A stretch of DNA of 64,000 nt from Anolis carolinensis (Eukaryota). Shown here one piece after another: positions 1 to 23,955 of the stretch. Position 1 is the stretch's first letter. Each line of letters opens with the position of its first letter. The translations under genes and the position numbers were made by a program. The DNA lies in NCBI RefSeq assembly GCF_035594765.1, contig NC_085843.1:288242633-288306632 (forward strand), read 5' to 3'. The notes under the pieces are model-generated. The model searched no databases, had not been told where the DNA came from, and saw nothing but the letters and a program-made list of their open reading frames with translations.

Positions 1-282
1 CCATACAGTTCATTCATACCCACACGTATTAAATCCACATTGATCAAATCTGCACATCATATTAATGTGACATCAGCTCCACCTCTTCAGATGGAGAACT
101 TTCCAGATTCTAGTGAAGTGTTTCCTGAGCATGCACAGAGTCCCCCCCCCCATTGCTTACCTGCATCAGGAGGTGAGGGGAAGTCCTGGACTCCCCCCCC
201 CCCATTCTGGGCCACTCCTCCCTGTGTGTGTGTGTGTGTCTGGGAGACCCCTAGGACCCTCTTCTCTGTCACTCCTCTGCAG

Positions 283-752
283 GCCGGGTGGTCAACTTGA
301 CCAGTGCGCTGGGCCGGGTGGCCAGTCCGCTGCGCTCCTCCTACTGCGTCTCCAAGTTCGGCCTGGAGGCCTTCACCGACTGCCTGCGCCAGGAGATGCG
401 CCCCTGGGGGGTGGCCGTGGTGGCCGTCGAGCCCAGCAACTTCATCGCGGCCACCGGCATCTTCACGGAGGAAGGCGTGGAGGCCGCGGCCCGGGAGATG
501 TGGGGCCGGGCCAGCGAAGGGGTCCGCGCCGACTACGGGGAGGCCTCCTTCTGGCGGCAGGTGGGCCACATGAAGGCCTTTGTCCGCAGTGGCCTGAGGG
601 ACCTCAGCCCCGTCCTGGACGACATCACGGACGCCCTCTGCGCCCAGCTGCCCTACGCCCGCTACAACCCCATGGAGCCCCGCTGGTGGCTGCGCCTGCA
701 GGCCGTGACCCACCTGCCCTCCGCACTGACCGACTGGCTCTATGCAAATTAG
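283..752 (+). CDS. BDH1: D-beta-hydroxybutyrate dehydrogenase (BDH1 or a BDH1-like paralog), last coding exon only; upstream exons lie outside the window
   Basis: Pyrimidine tract plus AG at 281-282, then GRVVNLTSALGRVASPLRSSYCVSKFGLEAFTDCLRQEM...VVAVEPSNFIAAT (SDR YxxxK motif = YCVSK), closely resembling the BDH1 terminal exon. Stop TAG at 750-752; AATAAA at 1517-1522. Confidence 0.85.
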
Positions 753-2069
753 CCATTATCTCACCTAACTCCCAAGTTTCCAAACAAATATTTTTTGGGG
801 GGGTCCCTTCTGGGTAAACAGAGGTCCCAATCCCTGCGGAAAGGAATGTGCCTCATGCACGACGACTGACCCCAGTGGCTCCTTTGCAGACCAGGCAGGC
901 CCCGGCCAGGCAGTTCATGACTGGTCAAGCAGTAACTCATCCCCCTCCCACCCCGGACCCCATCCTCAGCTGGATCAATTGGGAAGTCTTTGCTGAATCA
1001 GGAAGACCCCAGCCCTGAGATTCCGAGACCCAAAGCCAAGGCCAGAGAGTGGCCCCGCATGAAGCCACAGGGGCCTGGGGTGTACAAAGGGTCAGCCCCT
1101 GTTGCTCAGAGCGTTCTCTTCAGGCAGAGAAGACCACGTCCAAAAGAAAGGAGGCGAGATGCTTCTTTGGGCTGGACACCAACTTGCCCTGGAACGAAGG
1201 GAGCAGGCCTCTCCGCTCTGTTTCAAACGCCTTTCTCTAGCATTGCCTTCAGCCAAATGGAGGCTTGCTGTCCAACCTAAGAGTTTCCCAAAGTCCAGAC
1301 CAAGGGGCCTTTCCCAGAAGAGAGCTTTCCCTCCAAAGTCTGCTTTCAAGAGGTTGCTCCGTCAGCCAGGCTCACCTTCAGGGCCGCACTTCCTTTCCTC
1401 TCCTTTCCGATTGTCTCCCAGCGGCACCGTGAAGGGACCTTCACTCACTGTAATCAAAGGGCTACCAATCAGCACCTGGCGCTGGGGAAGCGAGAGATTG
1501 CAATGATGCTCCCGGTAATAAATGCACGCCTTTTAAGATTCTCAAAATCTGGCCTGTCTTGGCTTCTCCCTCCTTTGCCTTCCTTCAGAGAGGGAGAGAG
1601 AGTTGGGGAAATCAGGGGTCAAGGAAAAAGAGAGAGAAAGAAGAGCAGGGAAGGAGGAAGAGAAGAGAAGGAAGGAGAGCAGAGCCATTCAGAGAGAAAG
1701 CAGGAGACCTTTGCAACAGAAGGCCAGGATCCCCTGGGTCTTTTAGATCGCTGTAAAAACCATTAAGCAAACACAGGCGTGATTTCTGTCCCAGTTCCCC
1801 CACCATCTCCTCTGGGACCCCCGTACGGCGTATCATGGACAGCCTGAGACCATTGGACGGCTTGGCCAGAAGAAATGTGCAACCATTTCCTGTTCTTGGG
1901 GTGCGCTGTAGCTTTCTCCTTGCTAACCCATCTGTCGCTTTGTTATTTACTGACTTGAAATATCCACTCTGTTCCCGTGCAAAGAGCCTCTTGGTATTCA
2001 AGCTGTGCCTGGGTAATGCCCTCCACCATTCAAGTTCCCTCTCCTTTGGGGCAGTGGTCACTCGGCTTG

Positions 2070-2793
2070 GGAATTGACGAGCCTAAGCTCTAATCACCCT
2101 CTTTATGAGGTAAATTCCCATTAAAATAGCAGAGTAAAAATGCAACAGCGGTGTGACTTACACTTAGTGTGAGTTTCAGAAGACATCTTTGTGTCTTCAG
2201 GAAGGCAAAGGGATGCAAACTTAGCTTTAAAGTTTAAAAGCATTTATTGAGGTAAAAAGAAATCCATTGATGGATAGAAAAGGTTCGGACCTAGCTAGCT
2301 AATCTATCCTGTTCTAATACACATAGATGGATTAAAATAACAAAGTTCTAGATAGCTACATCTTGACTAATAGAACAAAGCAGGAAGCTGGAATGGCGAC
2401 CAAACCTTGTGGGTCTGTTCTTCTCTAGGGCCATAAACATTCCAAAGGCCAAATTAGGGAAGTTACATCAAAGCCCTAGGAGAGATCACATTTCTAGAAA
2501 CATCAAAGGGTGGGTTGAGCTAAATAGGACGGGAAGCAGGAAACAATGGTGAAGCCTAATCAAAGCATACAAGGAACTGGGGAAGGTGTCCCTAATTCTT
2601 TTCTAGGCTTCCTATCTAACCATAGAGATTTCGGGTTGTTGTATGTCTTTCGGGCTGTGTGGCTATGTTCCAGAATACTTCTGGAACATGGCCACACAGC
2701 CCGAAAGACATACAACAACCCTGTGATCCTGGCCATGAAAGCCTTCGACAACACATAGAGACTTAAGCAGTGCAGGATGATATTTTTCCAACA
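2070..2793 (-). mobile_element. LTR-like dispersed repeat, copy 1 (homologous to ~59600-60249), interrupted by a Penelope fold-back
   Basis: Long colinear similarity to 59600-60249 (taagctc..accctctttatgaggtaaattccca; aagcatttattgaggtaaaa..gaaatccattgatggatagaaaaggtt; gcagtgcaggatga..aaca). On the minus strand it starts TGTT and contains AATAAA. No TSD confirmed; boundaries approximate. Confidence 0.6.
2629..2753. mobile_element. Penelope-like element 3' end, fold-back form
   Basis: 43-bp inverted arms (2633-2675 / 2679-2721, one mismatch, 3-nt loop), terminal ggccatgaaagccttcgacaaca, 8-bp TSD CATAGAGA at 2621-2628 and 2754-2761. Confidence 0.8.
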
Positions 2794-2887
2794 ACTCGGG
2801 CATCATGAGGCCCCTGAATCAAGGGCATCCTCTTCCCCTGTGAGCTGTGTCGGCAGCACTGAGTCACGGAAGGCCAAAGAGGCATGC

Positions 2888-2889
<2 letters not shown>

Positions 2890-2922
<33 letters not shown>
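2890..2922. repeat. (GA)n microsatellite
   Basis: Read directly from the sequence. Confidence 0.95.
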
Positions 2923-2925
<3 letters not shown>

Positions 2926-3705
2926 GAACGCCAGCCAAAGACAGAGAGGGAAGCATCCCCGGTGTCCCCTCTGCAGGGCTTCCTCCTCTTCCCGGGGCTC
3001 CTTCCGAAGGGGGCTGAGGGCGCCAGGCAATGGCTTCTTGTCCCAGTCATTCCTCTAGTGCAAGTCATGGAACTGCCAACTCCAGATCCAAAGTTTTTTG
3101 GGGAGGAATCCCCTCTTAGCGACTCCAGGGGAGGGGAAGGACCTTCTCTGTGGGCCAGCAACACCCCCTGCCCCACAAAGCAAGGCTGGAACTAGGCTGT
3201 GAAGGGGAAATGCCCCAACGCTCCCCATGGCCCCCATCCTCACATGCTTCTCCCGCAGGCTAGAGGCTCCATCCAAAGCATGTGGCCCCCAAAGTTCTCT
3301 TCTTGGGACCCTCCTCTGCCCCCCATCCCCCCAGAGCATGCCAGGCTCACCTGTGCCTCACCTGTGAGGGCAGCTGGAGGCAGTCAGGTGAGAGGAAGGG
3401 CCTCCTGTCAGTCCTCCGCGCCCTGCAATTAGGGGGATTAGTTGCAATTAGGGGATTAGGCCTCCTCCCTCCAGAGCAACACCTGGCAGTGTGTGTGTAT
3501 GTGTGGGGGGTGGCTTCCCGGCCTTGTTTACCTCTCCCAAGATTGCAGGGACCCCCCCCCCCCCCAGCAAGGCAAGCAGAGCAGAGGGTCAAGCAAAGGC
3601 CCTGCAGCCTCCTTGGGTTGGTCCTCCGTCCCCTGACAAGGCTGGGCCTCCCATTAACACAGTGGGTTTTTTACATTAATAAAACCAAGTTACTATTATA
3701 GAGAT

Positions 3706-3965
3706 TTTTTATCATGTCAGAAGGGACTTGAGACCATACTGCAAGTCGCTTCTGGTGTGAGAGGCTTGGCCGTCTACAGAGACGTTGCCCAGGGGTGCCT
3801 GGATGTGTTACCATCCTGCTGGGAGGCTTCTCTCCTGTCCCCGCAAGCTAGAGCTGACAGACGGGAGCTCACTCCAACTCACGGATTCAAACCGGCAACC
3901 TTCAGGTCAGCAACCAAACCATCAGCTGGCACAAGGGTTTAACCCATTGCGCCACCGCAGCTCCT
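3706..3965 (-). mobile_element. tRNA-derived SINE (Anolis SINE2-like)
   Basis: Same family as 12315-12587 and 27051-27458; tRNA-like head on the minus strand and A-rich tail. Confidence 0.75.
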
Positions 3966-5116
3966 TACAGAGATGCAAGAACAAGAAGCAGGGAAAGAGG
4001 AGTTAGTGACAAGAATAACAGGATCCTCAGTGATGTCCAAGGGATCCCGAAAAGTTAGCCTCCCAGAAGTAAGAAGACACAAGACAAAAAAGACAGGTGT
4101 GTGGATTAGGAAGAGGCCATACAGCCTGGAGACCACACAACACCCGTGATTCTCTCCATGAGCTTCCTCTCCAAAACTGGGGTGTGTGCCGAACTCCACC
4201 CCACACCCCATGCACATGCACATGCCTGGTGCTGTTGTTAAGAAGGAGTGTGACCATATTGCTGCTGCTGCATCACCCAGAAAGATTTAACAGCAGATGA
4301 CTTGTTTTGCAGAATGGACTAATCACCCTGATAATTGCACTTCATCCTGCCTCAGATGGCCTAAAATTCCAGGTGCGCAGCCAAGGGCCCGGCCAACCTG
4401 GTGCCCTAACCCTCCAGGTGAAGCCCGTTGTTGACGTGCGATGGAGAGAGATCCCAGTGGCCATCATTGGTCAAGGGCCATGCGACCCAGGCCCTGCCCT
4501 GGATGGGGTCTCATCGGACTGAGAGGTAAAGGAAAACGAGTGGGAGAGCCATGGCATGGGGACCTCACTGCAGACTGAGCCATAAAACAACAGGGTGGGG
4601 TCTCCCATTTCCCTGCAGCCCCCTTGCCCTTTGGTTCCCCTTCTCTCCTTACAGAGAATCGTACCTGCACCCTGGGCACACCTTGGCACACACTCTCCCT
4701 GGGAAGAGCGGGCAGATGGAGACGGGTGCTGGCATTCCTGGACCTGTCTGATCTCGCTTGCAGTGTGGACGGATTGATGCTGACTTCAAATGACAGCCAG
4801 GGAGGCTGAGCGCAGCACCTGATGCTTAGTTTTTGCCCATGCTGTGGGCCTGCCTGCTGATGTGTCCATCCCACCGGAGCCCCAGGGATGATCGGGGAGT
4901 CTGGTGGGACCTCTGCCCAGACAAACCCTTCTCCCGGGAGCTCCTCACGCTTGTGGGCCCCCATGGCAGCAGCAACACTGCCTGTCCTTCTGTGTATCTC
5001 AGCCCCGGGCGAGGGTCTGTGTCGTGTTTTTGTGGCAGGAGGAACATGAGAGGAAGAGAACCGTGGGGCTTGAGTGGTGTAGGAGACGGCTGAGGATGGG
5101 GCCCTGCACCTCAAAG

Positions 5117-5388
5117 AGGGGCTTTGGGGTCCCAATCCCTGGCTCTGTCCGAGAGATGGACAGAGTGGAAGGGGGCTTTGGGGCCACAATCCCTGGCTCT
5201 GTCCGAGAGATGGACAGAGTGGAAGGGGGCTTTGGGGCCACAATCCCTGGCTCTGTCCGAGAGATGGACAGAGTGGAAGGGGGCTTTGGGGTCACAATCC
5301 CTGGCTCTGTCCGAGAGATGGACAGAGTGGAAGGGGGCTTTGGGGCCACAATCCCTGGCTCTGTCCGAGAGATGGACAGAGTGGAAGG
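5117..5388. repeat. Minisatellite, 5 x 54-bp units
   Basis: ggctctgtcc recurs at 5141, 5195, 5249, 5303 and 5357; unit gggggctttggggccacaatccctggctctgtccgagagatggacagagtggaa. Confidence 0.95.
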
Positions 5389-5953
5389 CGGCCCTTGGTG
5401 GGAGCTGGGATCCTCAGGAGAGTGGGGCTCCACCCTTTGCCTTCCACAGAGTAGTCGGAGGAGGGAGAGGGCATACCTGAGAGCAGGGCCTGGACATCAC
5501 AGCCAACCGTCATAGGGAGGACTGGGTGAATACTACAAGAACTCAGCAACGGAAGGGGAAGAAGCTTAAATGAGCAGCTGCAGGAAAGGGCACATGGCCC
5601 ATGGTGCCGCGGCATGAATGCAGAGAGTATAGGAAATAAACAAGATGAACTTGAGCTCTTGACATAGCAAACCAGATACCGGTATGATACAGTAATATAT
5701 ATCTTTGAAACCTGGCAGTATGAGTCTCAATATGGTAAAGATAAGCCTGTGTCATTTTGACTAAGCCTTTCTGTCCCTAAGGAGCCTTTTGAGTTTGTTG
5801 AGTTAAAGCTGATATGTTTGTTGGGATGAGGCTGACTTTGAGTGTGAGCTGAGTGGAGGTCATTTGAGGGCTCCTTAGGGTTGTTCTATTGAGTGGGTAG
5901 CCCCAGGGCCTCCACCTGCACATGTGGCCTGGAAGAATGGAGGCATGTGCTGA

Positions 5954-6091
5954 GAGGAAGTGAGTCAAAGGGCACTCGCCCTCTATATAGATGCAGCCCC
6001 AGGCCCTGGAGCTCGGCCCACAGGAGCTGCACTTGCAGATAAGGCCGACGGGGCGTTTTCCGTGGGTTTGGTGGAAGAGACGGCAGAAGGT
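5954..6091 (+). promoter_or_regulatory. Candidate TATA promoter with ETS/AP-1 composite site and a short non-coding first exon (possible APOD upstream promoter)
   Basis: GAGGAAG (5954-5960) abuts TGAGTCA (5961-5967); TATATA at 5984-5989; donor AAG|GTGAGA at 6089/6090. Confidence 0.35.
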
Positions 6092-7221
6092 GAGAGTGTG
6101 TCTCCTGGGTTCAACCTTCCCAGCCCCACAGAATGTCAGTGTATGTGTTGTTGGGTTATTAAGGCTACTTTTTGTGAGAGTAGAAGCTTGCTTGCTTGCC
6201 TGCCTGCTTACTCATTAGGGTTCTGGTGTCCTATTGTGCCTGGGCTCAGGATCTCTGCTTCAGCGGATGGTCTCAGGAAAGTGGGACTTCTGCTGAAAGG
6301 CAGCAAGTCAGAGGTTTGGTTGGGCACTAGCTCTCTACAAAGCTGTGGCCCACACGTTGATGGAACTCAGTGTACAAGAGATCAGCGGACAGAGAAGGTC
6401 CATGGACATCTTGCAGAGGAGTTGGAGACTTATGGGGTGGACACTTGGGAGTTGGGTTTCGGTATTACATAAGGCTAGGGAACACTGATAGTGAGGGAAC
6501 CACCACAAGAGTTGTAGCTGGTTTGTAGTCTTGCCGGAAAATGTGGATAGCAATACTTGCCTCAAGGGCAGGTTGGTGCCCCCCTTGGAAGAGAAGGCCC
6601 AGGAGCTCGAAACCCTTGTATCTCCTGTGCAGCATATTCGGGAACAGATGTCCTGGACAGGGAAGATTGTCCTGGAGGAGGAACACATTGAGGATGTTTC
6701 TGAGGAGGGGTTTGTTCCTAAACACAGGGGGAAAGGGACACATAGACAGAAAAGGACCATGGATGGTTCTGAGTTCGGAGCTACAAGATCAATTTGGAGC
6801 TCTCTCCAGCAAGAGACCTTGTGGGCTATCCAGTCCAGCTTCAGAGACAATGAGGCAAAACTGGGGGAGAGCCACAGAAGGCAGCGCATGGGGGGGGGGG
6901 GAGGCACAGAGCACCTTGCAATGGGCAAGCTGTTGTCCCGGCACTTCACGCGTTGTGCTGTTCCTCTGAAGACGTGGTCACTTGGTACAGAGGAGCACCT
7001 CCACCTCCTCTTTGAAATGGCACATTCATTCAAGTGGAGGCCAGAGGAGGAGGGAGGAACCAGGCTTCTGCTTGGGGGCATCCGCATCCTGGCAGATGAT
7101 GGGTGTGTGCTTGGCACCGGCTTGGCACCAGCGCCTCCCATTTCTCCTCGCCCGCCTCTGAGCCACAAGGCAGAAGGGGCAACTGCCCCACAAGGAGGAA
7201 GGGAGGGAGTGGCGGAGGCCC

Positions 7222-7302
7222 TTAAAAGGAGGGCAGCTGCCAGGAGAGCAGGCAGGGAACACAGGCTGCAGGTCACTGGGAGAAGAAGACTCCAGGCCAG
7301 GT
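7222..7302 (+). promoter_or_regulatory. Candidate proximal APOD promoter and non-coding exon 1
   Basis: TTAAAA TATA-like box at ~7222; donor CAG|GTAGGC at 7300/7301. The first coding exon has an acceptor at 8113-8114 upstream of its ATG, which implies a non-coding first exon. Confidence 0.4.
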
Positions 7303-8140
7303 AGGCAGCCCCAAGCAGTCCCTCTGCTCCCACGGAGAGCCCACTGATGCCGCCTTGGGGGCTGCTTCAAGGCCGGCGGGCAGGAGGATCACTGCTCTCC
7401 ACAGGATGCCTAGAGCTGAAGAACGATTTCAGGGGGAAATGCCCCTGCTTTTCTGACACTCATCCCACCCCCCTTTAAGCCTTCATCCCGTGTTGCTATG
7501 GGGGGGGGGGTAGTTATGGGAAAATAATGCTTCCCCCCCTGGGCAGCCACCACCCAGATGGCAACAAAGGGCCCTTCCTAAGGTGCCCCCCGCCTGGAAG
7601 GGCAGACCTGGCAGGGTAAAGGTCAGCCAGGCCAGAGAAGGAGCCTGTCCTTGGCCCCTGACAGCACTCCATCGGTCAAACAGAGAGAAGGGCTGGCAGC
7701 AAAAAAGAAGGCAGGGAGGCCAGCCCCCACTTCCCTGCAGGAGGGCTGGGCTCTTCCTCCTCCTCCTCACTTGCTTTCCATCCCAAAGTCAGCCTTTGGG
7801 CAGCAATGGGAGGGTCAGTGTCCCAACTGAATATTTGTGATGGACCAACTCCCCATTACCAATTCTATGGCCGTGAGATGGGGACCCTCGGGCTGCTGGG
7901 GAGGTTCCCTCTGAAAGTGTCTGTTCCCTTTTGAAATGTGGCCGCAAGCAAAAGACCCTCATAGACATTTGTGACAGGTGACACTGAGAGGCCAAGCAAA
8001 GCCAGGTGCTCCTCAAAGATCTCTCTTTGCAACCGGGTCGGTGTGCAACTGCACAGCTGTGCAAATGGCATTTGCTGACACAACGCGTGCCCCACTGTCC
8101 CCTCTTTCCTCCAGGAGAGCGTCCTGCCATTCTTGCCGCC

Positions 8141-9994
<1,854 letters not shown>

Positions 9995-11369
9995 CCCCCC
10001 CGCAAGGGGACCAAGGCTGGACCGAAGGACGCATGAACACTCTGACAGACAGACTTTCTTGCTTCCTTGTGCTAAATAGCAACGCTTACGGCATGATATC
10101 TGTTGGGAGGCCTTGGGCTGGGCGCAGGGGAAGGGAAAAAGGAAGGAAGGAAATAAGGATTGAAGGATGGCAAGGAAGGAGAGGAGGAAAGGAACAAAGG
10201 AAAGATGGGGCGGAAGGATGGATGGATGGAAGAAGGAAAGGGCAAAGGAATGTCGGGCGAGAGGGAAAGAAGGAAAGTCGGGAGGGCAAAACCTGTCTTC
10301 GTGTAGCTTTGTGAGGCCTCTTTTCCAGCTGTTGCTTCAAAGCCCACATCTGGCTCCAGGTGAGCCAAAGGCAGTTGTTTGGGATTCTGTGCCACTGCTG
10401 CCTTTGTGGTGTCATGGAGGGCAGAGAGCTGGAACCCACCGGGCAGCCATGCCATGCCTTCCTGGGTGAAGCTACAACCCAAATGCTCTTTTGAGGAACC
10501 TTCAGCTTTTCTGCTTAGAATAATAAACTCCGCCAGGCAAGCAGTTTGCATTGTTCTGCTGGATTTCTTCTGCTTCTGGGCATCCTCTCTTGGCTGTATG
10601 TGTGGGAGGGGCACCCCTATGTGTTGCGCACTGAGGCACATCCTTGGCTACCTCCACAGGAAACCCTGTTGCCCCTTTTGAGGGGGTGGGTTGAAGATGC
10701 CACAGGACAGCCCTCTCTCAAACAAGGAGGTGGTTTGCCTTGCATGAGGCGACAACAGCAGCCAGTTCGCCCAATGGTGTGTGCCCTTTCCCTGCTCTAA
10801 GGGCCCCAGGGGTCCCCTCTTGCCACCTGCAGAAGGCCCCTGACTCTGGAAAAGCCTCTGCTTCCACCCAAGAGGAAGGGTCGCACTGCCTTGCCCAGGA
10901 GGAAGGGCCTAAACGTCCAAAGGGAGGGTGGAGTGGCCACATGCCTGCCTTGGGCCCCTTTCAGGCAGTGAGTGGCCGGGACTCTGAGCACCTGAGTGTG
11001 AAGCCTCAGCTGGAGCTGCAGCGCCCCCTAGAGAGAAGCAGGGGCATCACCACCAATGTGTTTTGCTCTCCAAAAAAGCCTTCTTAATAATAATAATAAC
11101 AACATTTATTCTTATACCCAGCCTCCATCTCCCCGAAGGGACTCGGGGCGGCTTACATGAGGCGACAGCCCAGGCAAATACAATAAGAAATATAAAACAC
11201 AACAACAACAAAAACCAGCCAGCAGAGAGGAAGAGGTTGTGCTGCAGGAGACTCTTTAGAGTTATTATTCACTCCTGTAAGAAGTGGGGGCCTAGTTCCC
11301 ACCTCTGAGCTTTTCTGCTTCTTGTACTCAGACAAATGCATACTCAAGTATTTTCTTGCTTACGTTAAT

Positions 11370-12168
11370 AGAATCACAGATTCACAGAATAATAAAGTTG
11401 GAAGGGATCCCCAAGGGCCACCCAATCCAACCTTATTCTGCCAGACAGGAAAAGCACAATCAAAGCACCCCTGACAAATAGCCATTCAGCTTCTGCTTAA
11501 AAGCCTCCAAGGACGGAGCTTCCACCAGACTACTGAGGCAGAGAGTTCCACTGCTCAACATAATAATAATAATAATAATAATAATAATTTTATTTTTATA
11601 CCCCGCCTCCATCTTCCCAGGGGGCCTCGGGGTGGCTTACAGATATAAAACGAACATATAATAATATCAAATACAGAGAAACACGCAAATGAAGGCATAA
11701 AATAAAGTCACAATCATTTGTAAAACACAAGTTAAAATGCTGCGATACAATCATAAAATCAACAGCTTTTTTTAAGGTCAGGAAGTTCTTCCTAATGTTC
11801 AGGTGGAATCTCCTCTCCTGTCATTTGAACCCATGGCTCCATTTGAACCCATGGCTCCCTCTATTGGAGGGAGCAAGCTTGTTTTCTGCTGCCCTGGAGA
11901 CTAGGACATGGAACAATGGCTTCAAACTACAGGAAAGGAGATTCCACCTGAACATCAGGAAGAACTTCCTCACTGTGAGAAGGGCTGTTCGGCAGTGGAA
12001 CTCTCTCCCCGGGGCCGTGGTGGAGGCTCCTTCCTTGGAGGCTTTTAAGCAGAGGCTGGATGGCCATCTGTCGGGGGTGCTTTGAATGAGATTTCCTGCT
12101 TCTTAGCAGGGGGTTGGACTAGATGGCCCATGTGGTCTCTTCCAACTCTACTATTCTATGATTCTATG
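11370..12168. mobile_element. Cluster of CR1 LINE 3' fragments (minus 11370-11560 and 11760-11840; plus ~11860-12168) with an L2-type tail inserted at ~11561-11758
   Basis: Translation RTWNNGFKLQERRFHLNIRKNFLTVR..VRQWNSLP..VVEAPSLEAFKQRLDGHL is the CR1 ORF2 C-terminus; (ATTCTATG)n tail at ~12154-12168. Confidence 0.85.
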
Positions 12169-12314
12169 AGTCTTAGCTTCCAGGACAACAGAAAACAAGC
12201 CTGCTCCTTCTTCCTTAGGACACCCTTTCACGTATTAACACATGGTGATCGTGTCTCCTCAACCCACTTTCGTACCCCCTCCTGGCCCATAAAGGCTCCC
12301 AAGGCCATGAATAA

Positions 12315-12587
12315 TATTTTTTTCCAGTGTCAGGAGCAACCAGAGTTGCTTCTGGAGTGAGAGAATTGGCTGTCTGCAAGGACGTTGCCCAGGGGACATT
12401 GCCCGGATGTTTTGATGTTTTTACCATCCTTGTGGGAGGCTTCTCTCATGTCCCCACATGGAGCTGGAGCTGAGAGAGGGAGCTCATCCACCTTCTCCCT
12501 GGGTGGGATTCGAACCTGGCAGCCTTCAGGTCAGCAACCCAACCTTCAAGTCACAAGGCTTTTATCCCCTAGGCCACCGGAGGCTCC
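12315..12587 (-). mobile_element. tRNA-derived SINE (Anolis SINE2-like)
   Basis: Homologous to 3706-3965; B-box-like ggttcgaatccc on the minus strand. Confidence 0.75.
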
Positions 12588-12785
12588 ATGAACAATAATA
12601 CAATAATTCGAAGGTCGAAACACTTCATAAACACATTAAAACGAGGCCAGACACAGATGCAGGCGAAACGTCAGGAGAAAATGCTGCTAGAATACATTGG
12701 AAAGCACACAACACTCCATTAAAATAATCATTTAAAACTCCTGAAAAGAATCCCAATCTTAGGATCTTTCTTTTCCCGCCCTCAG

Positions 12786-12912
12786 CCAACTCCCGCCATT
12801 CCTCACAGCCTCAGGCCCCTTCCTTTTCCCCCTCAGCCGCTTAAGCGGCTGAGGGGGAAAAGGAAAGGGCCTGAGGCTGTGAGGAATGGCGGGAGTTGGA
12901 GTCCAAAACACC
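12786..12912. mobile_element. Palindromic MITE remnant directly upstream of the PPP1R2 CpG island
   Basis: ccaactcccgccattcctcacagcctcaggcccc..ctcagccgc-ttaa-gcggctgag..gggcctgaggctgtgaggaatggcgggagttgg forms a near-perfect hairpin; related to 61272-61389. Confidence 0.65.
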
Positions 12913-12919
12913 CGGCCTG

Positions 12920-13310
12920 GCCCCGGCCTGGCGTCGACTCCTATAGCCCAGAACCGTGCGGCTCTCGATGCGCTCCTGAGGCGATGGCGGCCATTTTGGG
13001 AACTCGGCGGGGCCCTTCAGGGGAGGAGGAGCCTTGGCGCATGCGCGGAGGGCGGGGCCTGTGAGCTGCAACATCTCTCCCGCCTTCCTTCCTTGCCCGC
13101 CCCTCCCTTGTGACGTCACCGCCCACACCAGCGCCTTCCCTGCCCACCTTGCGCGTGCGCAGTGGGCCCACCCGACTGAGGCGGAGGCTGAGGCGTCGTC
13201 CGGGGCGGCTGCGGCCTGTGAGGCGGGCGGGAATCGAAGCGACGGGCCTCGAGAAGCAGAGGAGGAGGGCGGGCGGGAGGGCGGCCAGGCGGGCGAGGGG
13301 GTGCCCGGCC
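12920..13310 (+). promoter_or_regulatory. PPP1R2 CpG-island promoter / 5' UTR
   Basis: CpG-dense. YY1-like gatggcggccatttt ~12983-12997, NRF1 GCGCATGCGC 13037-13046, GC box, palindromic CRE GTGACGTCAC 13110-13119, second NRF1-like site 13150-13161. Confidence 0.8.

Positions 13311-23955
<10,645 letters not shown>

Noticed and set aside
4240-5480. Possible spliced antisense transcript (minus-strand donors near 5477 and 4665, acceptor near 4520)
   Set aside because: All frames stop soon after the acceptor; isolated splice-like motifs cannot support a lncRNA without expression data.
4464-5615. Long overlapping ORFs with 18-aa repeats
   Set aside because: By-product of a stop-free 54-bp minisatellite; no splice-supported gene model or recognisable protein.
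6335-7333. 332-aa minus and 257-aa plus ORFs
   Set aside because: No recognisable domain, they cross a poly-G run, and such ORFs are expected by chance in GC-rich DNA.
12650-12720. Additional hammerhead ribozyme
   Set aside because: Only the 3' half (gcaggcgaaacgtcagg) is present; the CTGAGGA box is missing.
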